Below, one piece after another: positions 11,294-22,394 of a stretch of 36,503 bases of DNA. The notes under the pieces were generated by a model that was given only the letters and a program-made list of their open reading frames with translations, made no database searches and was not told the DNA's origin. The position numbers and the translations under genes are program-made. Source of the DNA: Callorhinchus milii (taxonomy: Eukaryota); assembly GCF_018977255.1 (NCBI RefSeq), contig NW_024705528.1, positions 1-36,503 on the forward strand. Direction: 5' to 3'. The first letter of the stretch is position 1, and each line of letters starts with the position of its first letter.

Positions 11294-11827
11294 TTAATCG
11301 GTCACCCGACAGATACTCAGAGGCTCAGAGTTTTTGCCGCCGTCGCTATTACAGGGACAGAAGTACGGATAAAGTTTCTCAGTGAAAGTCTGGGTGAAAG
11401 TGTGGAGATGAGACATGTTATCAGCGTTGTAAAATGTCACCTCTCCCCCCTCATAGTCCAGGAACACTCCCAGCTTCCCGGGTCTCTCTCTCAGGGACAG
11501 GCGGGTGGGAGGTGAGGTACAAGCTTCATATTCATCCCCGTTTCTCAGTGTCACAGCCCAGAATCCGTTCTCTGGTGACACTGTGATCTTTCCCTTCCTG
11601 TTGACAGACACTCGGGCCAATCCCACATCCCACTTTCTCTTGTTGGCCACCTGCACCTCCCAGTAATGTCTCCCTGATGTGAAGCCCTCAGACCCCAGGA
11701 CTATGAGATATTTACTAAACCTCTTCGGGGAGTCAGGGAGCTGCTGCCGTGTGTCTCCGAGTCTTACGCTGGTCAGGTCCTCAGACAGGATGAGCTGTGT
11801 CAGGATCCAGAGTCATAGAGACCGGAG
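11294..11827 (-). pseudogene. Orphan B30.2 exon with an 11-bp frameshifting deletion and no exons 1-5 of its own
   Basis: 534 nt versus 545. gatgagtcggcgatgagctg is collapsed to gatgagctg at about 11789-11797, reading [15 protein letters not shown] from the acceptor. The upstream intron copy is cut off at 13860. Confidence 0.88.
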
Positions 11828-13485
11828 CTGAGAGAGAGGGACAGCACAAAGTGGAGTGAGGGGACGTCTGAGCGCTCAGACTGTGCGTGAACACTTCTGA
11901 AGCTGGGGACACCATCCAGCTCAGAGGGTCACAGTCGGTGTGACGGTATGTGTGAGTGTGCGTGTGAGGGTTTGTGTGAGGGTGTGTGTTGGGGATGGTG
12001 TGTGAGCGGTTTTATGAAGGTGTGTGTGAGAGGCTGTGTGAGGGAATGTGTGAGTTTCTGCGTGAGGGTGTGCGTGAGTGGATGTGTGTGCGAATAATTG
12101 TGAGGGTGTGTGTGGGTGGATGTGTAAGGGTGTGCCTGTCAGCAGGGTGTTTGAGGGTGTTTGTGAGGGTGTGTGCTTGAGGTTGTGAGTGTGTGCGACG
12201 GTGTGTGTGAGGATGTGTGAGGTTGTTTGTGAGGCTATGTGTGATCGGGTGTGTGTGAATGTGTGTGTGAGAATTGTGTGTGTGGGAGTGTGTGAGTGTA
12301 TGTGTGAGAGAATGTGTGATGCTCTGTGTGAAGGGGTGTGTGAAGGATATGTGAGGATGTATGTGAGTGTTTGTGTGTGGATGTGTGAGGGGTGTGTGTG
12401 TGAGAGTGTATGTGATTGTATGTGAATGTGTGCGCGAAGGGGGGTTTTGGGGGTCTGTGAGGGGTGGGTGTGAGGGGTTTGTGTGAGGGTCTGTTTGAGG
12501 GTTTGTGAGGTTGTGTGTGGGGCGTGTGAGAGTGGTTTGTAAGGGTCTGTGTGGGGATGTTTGTGAGGGGGTGTGTGAATGGTTATGTGAAGGCGTGTTG
12601 GAGGGTTTTTGTAATGGTGTGTGTGAGGAGGTTCCTCAGGTGGTATGTGCGCGTGTGTGTTTGAGGTGGTGTGAGAGGAATTGTATGAGGGTGTGTGTCA
12701 AGCTGTGTGTGAGGATGCGTGTGAGATGTGTCAGTGAGTGTGTGTTTGAGGCGTGCGTGTGAGGGTGTGTGTGGGTATGTGTGTCAGTATGTATGTGACA
12801 CGTTTGTGTGAGAGCTGCCTGTGAGTGTGCGAGAGGGTGTGTGTGAGGGTGCGTGTGAGGGGTACTCACCTCTGAGGGTGTGTGAGAGTGAATGTATGTG
12901 TCAAGTTGTGTGTGAGGGGCTGTGATAGTGGATGTGTGAAGGTTTGTGTGAGGGTGTGTGTGAGTGTGTGTGTGGGGTGTGTTTGAGAGGATTGTGTATG
13001 TGTTTGAGGGAATGAGAGAGGGGTTATGTGAGAATGTGTGATGGTACGTTTGAGGATGCGTGTGAGGGGTGCGTGTATGGGTATGTTTGAGTGGTGTGCG
13101 TGAGGGTGTGTGTGAGGATGTGTGTGATGGAGTATGTGACGTTTGTGTGTGATGGGTGTGTGTGAGGGGTGTGTGTGAGGATTGTGAGGGTGCATGTGAG
13201 TGGTGTGTGTAAGGGTTTGTGTGAGTGGTTGTGAGAGGTGTAGTGTGCTGATGTGTGTGAGGGTGTGTTTGACGATGCGTGTGAGTTGTTGGGTGTGAGG
13301 GTGTGTGTGAGTGTTGGTGGGTGAGCGGGAGGCCTGTGTGTGAGCGTTTTGTAAGGGTTTTTGTGTGAGGGGATAGGTGAGTGTTTGTGTGAGCGTGCAT
13401 TTGAGGGTCTGTACGAGTGTCTGTGTGAGGGGGGAAGGTTTGTGAGAGGTGTGAGTGTGTGTGTGGGGGTGTGTGTATGACAGGG

Positions 13486-13817
13486 TAATAATATTGATAA
13501 TAATAATAATAATCCTTGCATTTCATATGGTGCTTTTCAGTGTTTTTCGACGTCTCTAAGCGCTTCACAGAATATAATGTGAAGTGAACTGACCGAACAT
13601 TTGTGGGCGAAACGCGGCAGCGAGTTGCGTACCGCAGCGTCCCCTCAAACAGCTGTGGATTTAAAATGACCGATTTAATATTGTTTTTTGTTTATTGGAG
13701 GGATCATTATCAGGCGTGTGGAGTAAGGAAACTTGCCCAAGGATTCACCCTGCCTGAGATTGAACCCATGTGTCTCGCTTGCAAGGCGAGTGCTCTAAAC
13801 ACTGACTTACAGGACTC
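13486..13817 (-). mobile_element. tRNA-derived SINE (duplicate)
   Basis: Near-identical to 8090-8421. Confidence 0.8.
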
Positions 13818-14096
13818 CACATACATGGTATGTGAATGAGGGGGTGTGAGATGTTGTGTGAATCCGTCAATTCTTCCATTGGAAAAGAAAGATTTTCCAG
13901 GTAATACCTGTCTAAGGCTGAATCAATGTGTTAATTACAACTTACGGTTGATGAGGTTTACAAAAGATTTTGCCGAATGATTTCGCTTTCCTTCAAGCTT
14001 GTGAGACTGGCAGTAGAACACAATTGTTTTTATATATTGCATTTATATTCTTATTTTTATATAATATATTATATCAAAATTATTTACATTTTTCTA

Positions 14097-14740
14097 CTGT
14101 GTGTATACAGGAGACACAACGGGAGAGATTGTGTGTATGTGGGAGTTATTGGAAGAGGCTGTTTGTACGAGAGAAACACAGGGAGAGCTGTTTCTGTACA
14201 CATATGGTGCTGGGAGAGGCTGTGTATATACGGGAGAGCCAATTGGAGCGGTTGGGCCATACAAAGGGAAACACTGGAAGAGACTATGTGTAAAAGAGAG
14301 ACACTGGGAGTGGCTGTGTGAATACAGGAGAGACACCAGGAATGGCTGTGTGTATACAGGAGAGGCACTTGGAGAGCCTGTGTGTACACAGGAGAGAAAC
14401 TGGGAGTGGCTGTGTGTATACAGGAGAGACACTGGGAATGGCTGTGTGTATACAGGAGAGACACCAGGAATGGCTGTGTGTATGCAGGAGAGAAACTGGG
14501 AGAGCCTGTGTGCATACAGGAGAGACATTAGGAGTGGCTGTGTGTTTGCAGGAGAGACACTGGGATTGGTTGTGTGTCTACAGGAGAGACATTAGGAGTG
14601 GCTGTGTGTATACAGGAGAGACACTGGGATTGGTTGTGTGTCTACAGGAGAGACAGTGGGAGAGCCTGTGTGTGTACAGGAAAGACACTGGGAGTGGCTG
14701 TGTTTATACAGGAGAGACACTGGGAGCGATTGTGTGAACA
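14097..14740. repeat. About 31-bp minisatellite
   Basis: Tandem tgtgtatacaggagagacactggga units. Confidence 0.85.
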
Positions 14741-15005
14741 TATGCCTGATAATAATCTCTCGAGAAAAAAAACAATAATGATTTGATCACTCAATCCATG
14801 ACAGTTTGTGGGTCGCTGCTGTGCGCAATTGGCTGCCGCGTTTCATCCACATATATACAGTCTAATATCTTTACAGCATATTCTGTAAAGCGCTTTGAGA
14901 TGTCTAGAAGATGTGATAAGGCACTGGATCAAGTGCAAGAATTATATTATTTTTGTTATTAATATTGTTACAGAGTGAAATCCTTTTCTCGCCCCGCCCA
15001 AAACC

Positions 15006-15040
15006 CTGCAGCACCGCTTTACTGCCACCAGAGGGCGGTG
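15006..15040 (+). promoter_or_regulatory. CTCF-like site with upstream TGCAG motif
   Basis: ctgcagcacc-gctttact-gccaccagagggcggt; paralogues at 4189-4222 and 25289-25322. Confidence 0.5.
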
Positions 15041-15084
15041 CTGCACTTCGTAACTGCCCACAGTATTCTCAGCAAATTAATAAC

Positions 15085-15596
15085 AGTAATATTCTTGTGA
15101 TTCTATTTTGCGCTGTTCACTTCTTACAGACGCCACAAAGCGCGTGTATCGTAAGAAAAATCCCTTCTACTCCTTGAGGGGAGGTGAGAAGGGTCTCCAT
15201 CGAGTTGATCTGGAGGTTGGCAACCAATGTGGGAATCAAGCCAGTCTTGTGTGATGGACACGAGGGTGGACATTGCGATCTCTGCCTGTCCCGCGTTGTG
15301 TGTTTGTGTAATTCTGTGTGTTTCTGTGTGTCTGTGTGTGTGCCTCTATGTGTATGTATGTATCTGTGTGTCTCTGTGTGTATATTTGTCTGTGTGTCTT
15401 TGCCACTGTGTATGAGTGTCTCTGACGGCATGTTTAAAGGGGTGTGTCTTTGTGTGCGCGTGTCTCAATCTGTGTGTGTGTCTTGGTGTGTCTGTGCATA
15501 GAGAAGAAACTTGCACAAGGTTTCGCCCCCTATTGGGGATTGACCCCCTGTCTCTGGCTTGCGAGGCGAGGGCTCTAAACGCTGAGCTACAGGACA
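15085..15596 (-). mobile_element. tRNA-derived SINE with internal CA-rich tract (duplicate)
   Basis: Homologous to 4262-4780. Confidence 0.7.
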
Positions 15597-16605
15597 TGTT
15601 ACAGAGACAGTTTACGGTATATACTGTGAAGCGCTTCGAGACGTTCCGAAGGCGTGATAACACTCTGGATCAAATACAAGGATTACTATTATTATTACAA
15701 AAAGGGCTTTAACCCCAAAAAACCTCCTCTCCCTTTCAAGGCAGTGACGGCCTCGCTTTAAAACCCAAATATGATCAACAGATCAAAATCCAGCACTGGC
15801 CCCGTGAACGAACCCAGCCCCGGCCCCGCCCCCGAACTCAGCCCCGCCCCAAACCCAGACACGCCCCCAGCTCCGGCCCCGCCCCCAAACCCAGCTCCGC
15901 CCCTATTTGTCTCCTGTTTGTAGCAAAGCCTCCAGCGGCTGATTGATAGAGAGAGAGTGAGTGAGAGAGACAGAAAGTGAGATTGAGTGTGAGAGAGAGG
16001 GAGACAGTTAATGCAAAAAACGATTTATATACTTGGGATTAGTGCAGAATTGGGAATATTTTGCACTGATGCACTTTAAACCCCGAGGATCTGGGGGAAT
16101 TTACACCCGTTTCCCGTGTTAATCCCCGGCTGTGGGATTAAAATCAAAACCCAAAGTTAATGCAAAACCGTATTTATATCCGTGTGATTAATGCAAACAT
16201 TGGGGTTTGTTAAACTATTGCACTTGGAACACCACGTATATGGGGGCTTTAAAAACGTTTCCAGTGTTGCACACAGAGAGCGCTTTATTATTTAAACAGA
16301 AAGTCAATGATAAATCCCATGGGTATCATTGGGATTAATGCAGATTTAGAAAGCCTGGGATAGGCTTTGAGACATCTGGCAGAATTGATGAGGAGCTGTG
16401 TGCAATATGGGGATTATTATTGTCGAGATCAGGAGCTGAAAACTCCAGCCTGATGGTCGTTGTGTCACAGATGATTTACTTTAGACTTTTCTCTGTGCAA
16501 ATTAGCTCTATATTCGCTCACAAACACAACCGTCGCTTCACAGCCGATTCCGAGAAAGGATTGAGCCGCGGTCCCAGTGTGAAAGGTGTCATATAAACCA
16601 CAAGC

Positions 16606-16611
16606 TTTATT
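16606..16611 (-). terminator. Candidate polyadenylation signal AATAAA of TRIM copy 2 (a second at 16284-16289; copy 1 equivalents at 5791-5796 and 5469-5474)
   Basis: tttatt on the plus strand, downstream of the stop codon. Confidence 0.4.
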
Positions 16612-16693
16612 GTATAAGGACACAGATTATAAAAGGTTCAGCCTCGTGGCCATCACAGCCAAACACAGCTCGTGGCTGAGGATTTCCGCCTCA

Positions 16694-17238
16694 TTAATCG
16701 GTCACCCGACAGATACTCAGAGGCTCAGAGTTTTTGCCGCCGTCGCTATTACAGGGACTGAAGTACGGATAAAGTTTCTCAGTGAAAGTCTGGGTGAAAG
16801 TGTGGAGATGCGACATGTTATCAGCGTTGTAAAATGTCACCTCTCCCCCCTCATAGTCCAGGAACACTCCCAGCTTCCCGGGTCTCTCTCTCAGGGGCAG
16901 GCGGGTGGCAGGTGAGGTCAGAGCTTTATATACATCCCCGTTTCTCAGTATCACAGCCCAGAATCCATTCTCTGGTGACACTGTGATCTTTCCTTTCCTG
17001 TTGACAGACTCTCGGGCCAATCCCACTGCCCACTGTGTCTTGTTGGCCACCTGCACCTCCCAGTAATGTCTCCCTGATGTGAAGCCCTCAGACCCCAGGA
17101 CTATGAGATATTTACTAAACCTCTTCGGGGAGTCAGGGAGCTGCTGCCGTGTGTCTCCGAGTCTCACGCTGGTCAGGTCCTCAGACAGGATGAGTCGGCG
17201 ATTAGCTGTGTCAGGATCCAGAGTCAGAGCGGCCGGAG
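16694..17238 (-). CDS. TRIM copy 2 exon 6: PRY/SPRY (B30.2)
   Basis: ctctcag acceptor; [44 protein letters not shown] motifs; TAA stop. Confidence 0.95.
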
Positions 17239-20200
17239 CTGAGAGAGAGGAACAGCACAAAGTGGAGTGAGGGGACGTCTGAGCGCTCAGACTGTGCGTG
17301 AACACTTCTGAAGCTGGGGACACCATCCAGCTCAGAGGGTCACAGTCGGTGTGACGGTATGTGTGAGTGTGCGTGTGAGGGTTTGTGTGAGGGTGTGTGT
17401 TGGGGATGGTGTGTGAGCGGTTTTATGAAGGTGTGTGTGAGAGGCTGTGTGAGGGAATGTGTGAGTTTCTGCGTGAGGGTGTGCGTGAGTGGATGTGTGT
17501 GCGAATAATTGTGAGGGTGTGTGTGGGTGGATGTGTAAGGGTGTGCCTGTCAGCAGGGTGTTTGAGGGTGTTTGTGAGGGTGTGTGCTTGAGGTTGTGAG
17601 TGTGTGCGACGGTGTGTGTGAGGATGTGTGAGGTTGTTTGTGAGGCTATGTGTGATCGGGTGTGTGTGAATGTGTGTGTGAGAATTGTGTGTGTGGGAGT
17701 GTGTGAGTGTATGTGTGAGAGAATGTGTGATGCTCTGTGTGAAGGGGTGTGTGAAGGATATGTGAGGATGTATGTGAGTGTTTGTGTGTGGATGTGTGAG
17801 GGGTGTGTGTGTGAGAGTGTATGTGATTGTATGTGAATGTGTGCGCGAAGGGGGGTTTTGGGGGTCTGTGAGGGGTGGGTGTGAGGGGTTTGTGTGAGGG
17901 TCTGTTTGAGGGTTTGTGAGGTTGTGTGTGGGGGCGTGTGAGAGTGGTTTGTAAGGGTCTGTGTGGGGATGTTTGTGAGGGGGTGTGTGTGAATGGTTAT
18001 GTGAAGGCGTGTTGGAGGGTTTTTGTAATGGTGTGTGTGAGGAGGTTCCTCAGGTGGTATGTGCGCGTGTGTGTTTGAGGTGGTGTGAGAGGAATTGTAT
18101 GAGGGTGTGTGTCAAGCTGTGTGTGAGGATGCGTGTGAGATGTGTCAGTGAGTGTGTGTTTGAGGCGTGCGTGTGAGGGTGTGTGTGGGTATGTGTGTCA
18201 GTATGTATGTGACACGTTTGTGTGAGAGCTGCCTGTGAGTGTGCGAGAGGGTGTGTGTGAGGGTGCGTGTGAGGGGTACTCACCTCTGAGGGTGTGTGAG
18301 AGTGAATGTATGTGTCAAGTTGTGTGTGAGGGGCTGTGATAGTGGATGTGTGAAGGTTTGTGTGAGGGTGTGTGTGAGTGTGTGTGTGGGGTGTGTTTGA
18401 GAGGATTGTGTATGTGTTTGAGGGAATGAGAGAGGGGTTATGTGAGAATGTGTGAGGGTACGTGTGAGGATGTGTGTGAGCGGTTAGTGTGTCTGTATGT
18501 TTGCGTGGTTTGCGTGAGGGTACGTGTGAGGATGTGTGTGAGCGGTGCGTGTGTCTGTGTGTTTGAGTGATTTGCGTGAGGTTGTGTGCGAGGATGTTTG
18601 TGAGTTGGTATGTGACGTTTTGTGTGTGATGGGTGTGTGTGAGGGGTGTGTGTGAGGTTTGTGAGGGTGCATGTGAGTGGTGTGTGTAAGGGTTTGTGTG
18701 AGTGGTTGTGAGAGGTGTAGTGTGCTGATGTGTGTGAGGGTGTGTTTGACGATGCGTGTGAGTTGTTGGGTGTGAGGGTGTGTGTGAGTGTTGGTGGGTG
18801 AGCGGGAGGTGCCTGTGTGTGAGCGTTTTGTAAGGGTTTTTGTGTGAGGGGATAGGTGAGTGTTTGTGTGAGCGTGCATTTGAGGGTCTGTACGAGTGTC
18901 TGTGTGAGGGGGGAAGGTTTGTGAGAGGTGTGAGTGTGTGTGTGGGGGTGTGTGTGTATGACAGGGTAATAATATTGATAATAATAATAATAATCCTTGC
19001 ATTTCATATGGTGCTTTTCAGTGTTTTTCGACGTCTCTAAGCGCTTCACAGAATATAATGTGAAGTGAACTGACCGAACATTTGTGGGCGAAACGCGGCA
19101 GCGAGTTGCGTACCGCAGCGTCCCCTCAAACAGCTGTGGATTTAAAATGACCGATTTAATATTGTTTTTTGTTTATTGGAGGGATCATTATCAGGCGTGT
19201 GGAGTAAGGAAACTTGCCCAAGGATTCACCCTGCCTGAGATTGAACCCATGTGTCTCGCTTGCAAGGCGAGTGCTCTAAACACTGACTTACAGGACTCCA
19301 CATACATGGTATGTGAATGAGGGGGTGTGAGATGTTGTGTGTGAGGGGTTTGTTTGAGGAGTGTTGTGAGGGTTGTATGTTTCAGATGTGTGTGAGGTGT
19401 GAGAGAGAGTTGTGTGTGAGAGTTGTGTGTGTGTGTGATGTGTGTGTGCAAAGCGTATGTGTGTGTGAGGTGTGCAGGTGTCTGTGAGGGTGTTGCGATT
19501 ATGTGCATATGTGAGCGAGGAGTCGGTATGTGTATGTGTGAGGGAGTGTGTGGAGGGTATGTGTTGGGAACCAGGTGAATACAAGTCTATTGACACGGAT
19601 TCAGGGTGAGAATGGGAGCCATGTACCTGGGCTGATGTTTTCTATAATCTGTCTCCATACTGTGTTTTGCAAAGGCCATTTGTACTTGGCCACAGGGAGC
19701 TCATCCTCACACACTGACAGATCAAATACCTCGTCACTGACCCTGAAATAAGACACGATCACAATATAATGTGAAACTGCACCTTCTGGTTGGTTTGTGG
19801 TTTCAATTCTGGAATGTTTGGTCAAGACCATTTCATACCTTCTGTTGCCAGCAGCTTCCTCCTAATGAAATCAAACACAGATAGATGTCAGCTCACACTG
19901 AGTCACCACCGACAACAAAAAGTTACATGTGGACTGCGTCTCTCAAGCCAAAATTCAATCTCTGATCTCTTTATCGATCACAATTAGATTGTTTGCTCCA
20001 GAATTTTGTGTAACTGTTACTGAGCGACATTATATTGTCATCTCTTTACCTGCAGGAAGGTGAGATCGTCTTTTCCCATCTGTGTCTCTAACTCGGAGAG
20101 TTGTTGTTCAACAGAATCTAATTTGCATTGAATCTCTCGCAGATTTGTCTCCATTCGCTTTAATATCTCATCCTCTCGTTGTCTGAGATCTCGCATCACT

Positions 20201-21216
20201 CGCTGCTCTCTGTCCGTCAGACTCTGGTGCATTTTAGCAAACTCACCCGTGACGTGGGTCTGCAGACTGTTCACCTGTTCCTGCAATGTCAGACATCCAA
20301 ACATTACACACAGTAACCAGAGACACTGAGACATCACACCGTGTACACACATTGACCAGAGACACCGAGACATCACATGGGTACACACACAGTAACCAGA
20401 GACGCTGAGACATCACACCGTGTACACACAGTAATCAGAGACACTGCGACATCACACCGTGTACACACAGTAACCAGAGTCACTGAGACATTACATCGTG
20501 TACACACACTAACCAGAGACGCTGAGACGTTACACTGTGTACACACAGTAACTGGAGACACTGAGACATCACAACGTGTACACACAGTAATTTGAGGCAC
20601 TGAGACATCTTTGTGAAATCTCACCTTCAGTTGTGAAATCTTTTCTTTCTGTTTGGCTTCGGCTTGTAAACCAGTTTCCTTCCTCTGTGTGAGAGAAGCT
20701 AAGGAGGATATCAGTTTATCCTGGAATAAAAATACAGAATTAACCTGCTTGAAGGGGAAAATATCAGGTGGATCAGATACAATCCTTCTTGAGGAGTATT
20801 CTTACCTTATAGGTTTCAACAGCTTCTTCAATGGGTAGGAAGCTGTGGCCTCTGTGTTCCTGCCCATGACTGCAAACTACACACAGCAATTTCTTGTCAG
20901 ATTCACAGAACAGCTTCAGTTTCTCCCGGTGTTTCTCACAGTGAAGTTTATTTTCCGTCTGGGTCGGGTTCAGGCTCAATTTTCGTGCTTTCTCTGCTAG
21001 ACTCGCCAAGGCCCAACTGGCTCTGAGGTTCTTTTCTGGAAATGTCTCCTGACAAACAGCACAGCAGTTGATCTCCTGCTTTTCACAGCTCCGGGTGACA
21101 CAGGAGCGACAGAAGTTGTGGCCACAACCCAGGCTGACAGGGTCAGTGAAGAAATCCAGACAAACCGGGCAAATGATCTCCTCGGTCCAGATCTCAGCCG
21201 GGAGTCTAGAAGCCAT
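16694..21216 (-). CDS. Intact six-exon TRIM gene (RING, B-box, coiled coil, PRY/SPRY), TRIM35/TRIM39/TRIM27-like E3 ligase, 473 aa (copy 2)
   Basis: join(21216-20806, 20720-20625, 20280-20050, 19861-19839, 19742-19627, 17238-16694); exons of 411/96/231/23/116/545 nt, all GT-AG and phase-compatible, 1422 nt open. The 96/231/23/116 exon sizes are typical of class IV TRIMs. Confidence 0.92.
18966..19298 (-). mobile_element. tRNA-derived SINE (duplicate)
   Basis: Near-identical to 8090-8421. Confidence 0.8.
19627..19742 (-). CDS. TRIM copy 2 exon 5 (116 nt linker)
   Basis: tttcag/GGTCAGT...AGCCCAG/gtacat; [38 protein letters not shown]. Confidence 0.88.
19839..19861 (-). CDS. TRIM copy 2 exon 4 (23 nt)
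   Basis: cattag/GAGGAAGCTGCTGGCAACAGAAG/gtatga; phase 0 to 2. Confidence 0.85.
20050..20280 (-). CDS. TRIM copy 2 exon 3 (231 nt, coiled coil)
   Basis: ttgcag/GAACAG...CTGCAG/gtaaag; [21 protein letters not shown]...DDLTFLQ. Confidence 0.9.
20302..20608. repeat. 39-bp minisatellite filling TRIM intron 2 (copy 2)
   Basis: Same array as 9425-9730. Confidence 0.85.
20625..20720 (-). CDS. TRIM copy 2 exon 2 (96 nt, coiled coil)
   Basis: ttccag/GATAAACTG...CTGAAG/gtgaga; [32 protein letters not shown]. Confidence 0.9.
20806..21216 (-). CDS. TRIM copy 2 exon 1: RING + B-box
   Basis: [39 protein letters not shown]...CAVC (C3HC4) and [23 protein letters not shown]...H..H; donor AAG/gtaaga. Confidence 0.93.
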
Positions 21217-21228
21217 TTTGATCCTCAG

Positions 21229-21258
21229 CACTTCCTGATTGAAACTGGTTTCGGTTTC
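21229..21258 (-). promoter_or_regulatory. ISRE plus ETS-like motif 5' of the TRIM copy 2 ATG
   Basis: gtttcggtttc at 21248-21258; cacttcctg at 21229-21237. Confidence 0.6.
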
Positions 21259-21702
21259 GATGTAAGTTTGTAGGCGGATCCCAGTCACTGAGCTGCCAGA
21301 CCCTCTCCTTTAGTCTCTTCTTGTGAAATCCGTTTATTGTGACTTTGATTCCAAGAGAAGATGAGAAAACGTTGTACAATGACAAGGACACCCGAGCAAG
21401 GAAGGCGTTGGAATATGTGGAGGGGTGGTGTGCATGTTGAGTGGGGCGGGGACGGGTGGGAGTATGACAAAAAGCGCCATCAAATGGGTTAATTTGAGGT
21501 TGTTTGAAAGATCTCTTGTCTGTGAGATGGTTTTCTGGTGCACGACATGTACAATGGTGGAAATCTCGCACGGTGAGGCGGATATTGGGTTGGGTGGGGG
21601 TGATATCAAGCGACCTGCCTTTTTTGAGCGATTGGTGTGGCCGGGTCAGTTGGGTTGAAGGAGGTGGCGGAGGAAGGGCCGTTTAAGGCAATGATGGCTT
21701 TT

Positions 21703-21840
21703 GAAATTGAAGGCACGGTCGACGACAAAGACCTTCAAATGGCACTTGAAGGCGGTGAGGCAGAGGGAATGCGGGAAGAGCTCCAGAGTTCGGAGACAGA
21801 GATGCTGAATGTCCAACCTCCAAAGGTGGGGTGGGAATTG
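21703..21840 (-). mobile_element. Short L2 ORF2 C-terminal fragment (duplicate of 10825-10960)
   Basis: Same sequence, inside the segmental duplication. Confidence 0.55.
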
Positions 21841-22044
21841 CGTGGGATCTGAAGCAGGCCGGTGTCAGCCGAGCGGATACAGCAGACAGTCTTATTTGCG
21901 GTTGTGGTTTGCCCACAAATATACAGTCAATTCACTTTACAGTGTGTTCTGTGAAGCGCTTTGGGACGTCCTCCCGACGTGAAAAGCGCTGAAGTCGGAG
22001 AAGTACGTTGGAACAAGACCGTGGAGTTTCCTTGAAGTTATAGT

Positions 22045-22385
22045 AAGCGTGGTCTCTGTGTAACTGGGCTGGTCTCCATATAACTGACCTTATCTCTTTG
22101 TTAAAGCCTGATCTCTGGATAACAGGCCAAGTGTCTGCGTAACTAGCTGGATCTCTGCATAACGTGCCTGGTCTCTTCATAGCAGATTGGACTCTTTTTA
22201 ACTGGCATGGAGACTTTATAAGAGGTCTGTCTCTATACAAAACCTTTGGATACTATAACTGTCTTGATGTCTGTACAACAACACAGCTCTCTGCATACAA
22301 GCTGTGGTCTGTGCACGATAGGCCTGGTCTCTGTATAACAGGCGTATTCTCTGTAAAATTGTCCTGGTCTCTGCATAACTGACTG
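22045..22385. repeat. About 21-bp degenerate minisatellite (tggtctctgtataactgg...)
   Basis: Recurrent ggtctctg..taac units. Confidence 0.65.
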
Positions 22386-22394
22386 ATATTCACT

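Noticed and set aside
14084..14786. Overlapping repetitive ORFs, or a CRISPR-like array
   Set aside because: Head-to-tail minisatellite without unique spacers, in a eukaryotic context
16694..21216. A specific gene symbol (TRIM35, TRIM39, TRIM27, TRIM69)
   Set aside because: Lineage-specific expansion; orthology cannot be assigned without a phylogeny
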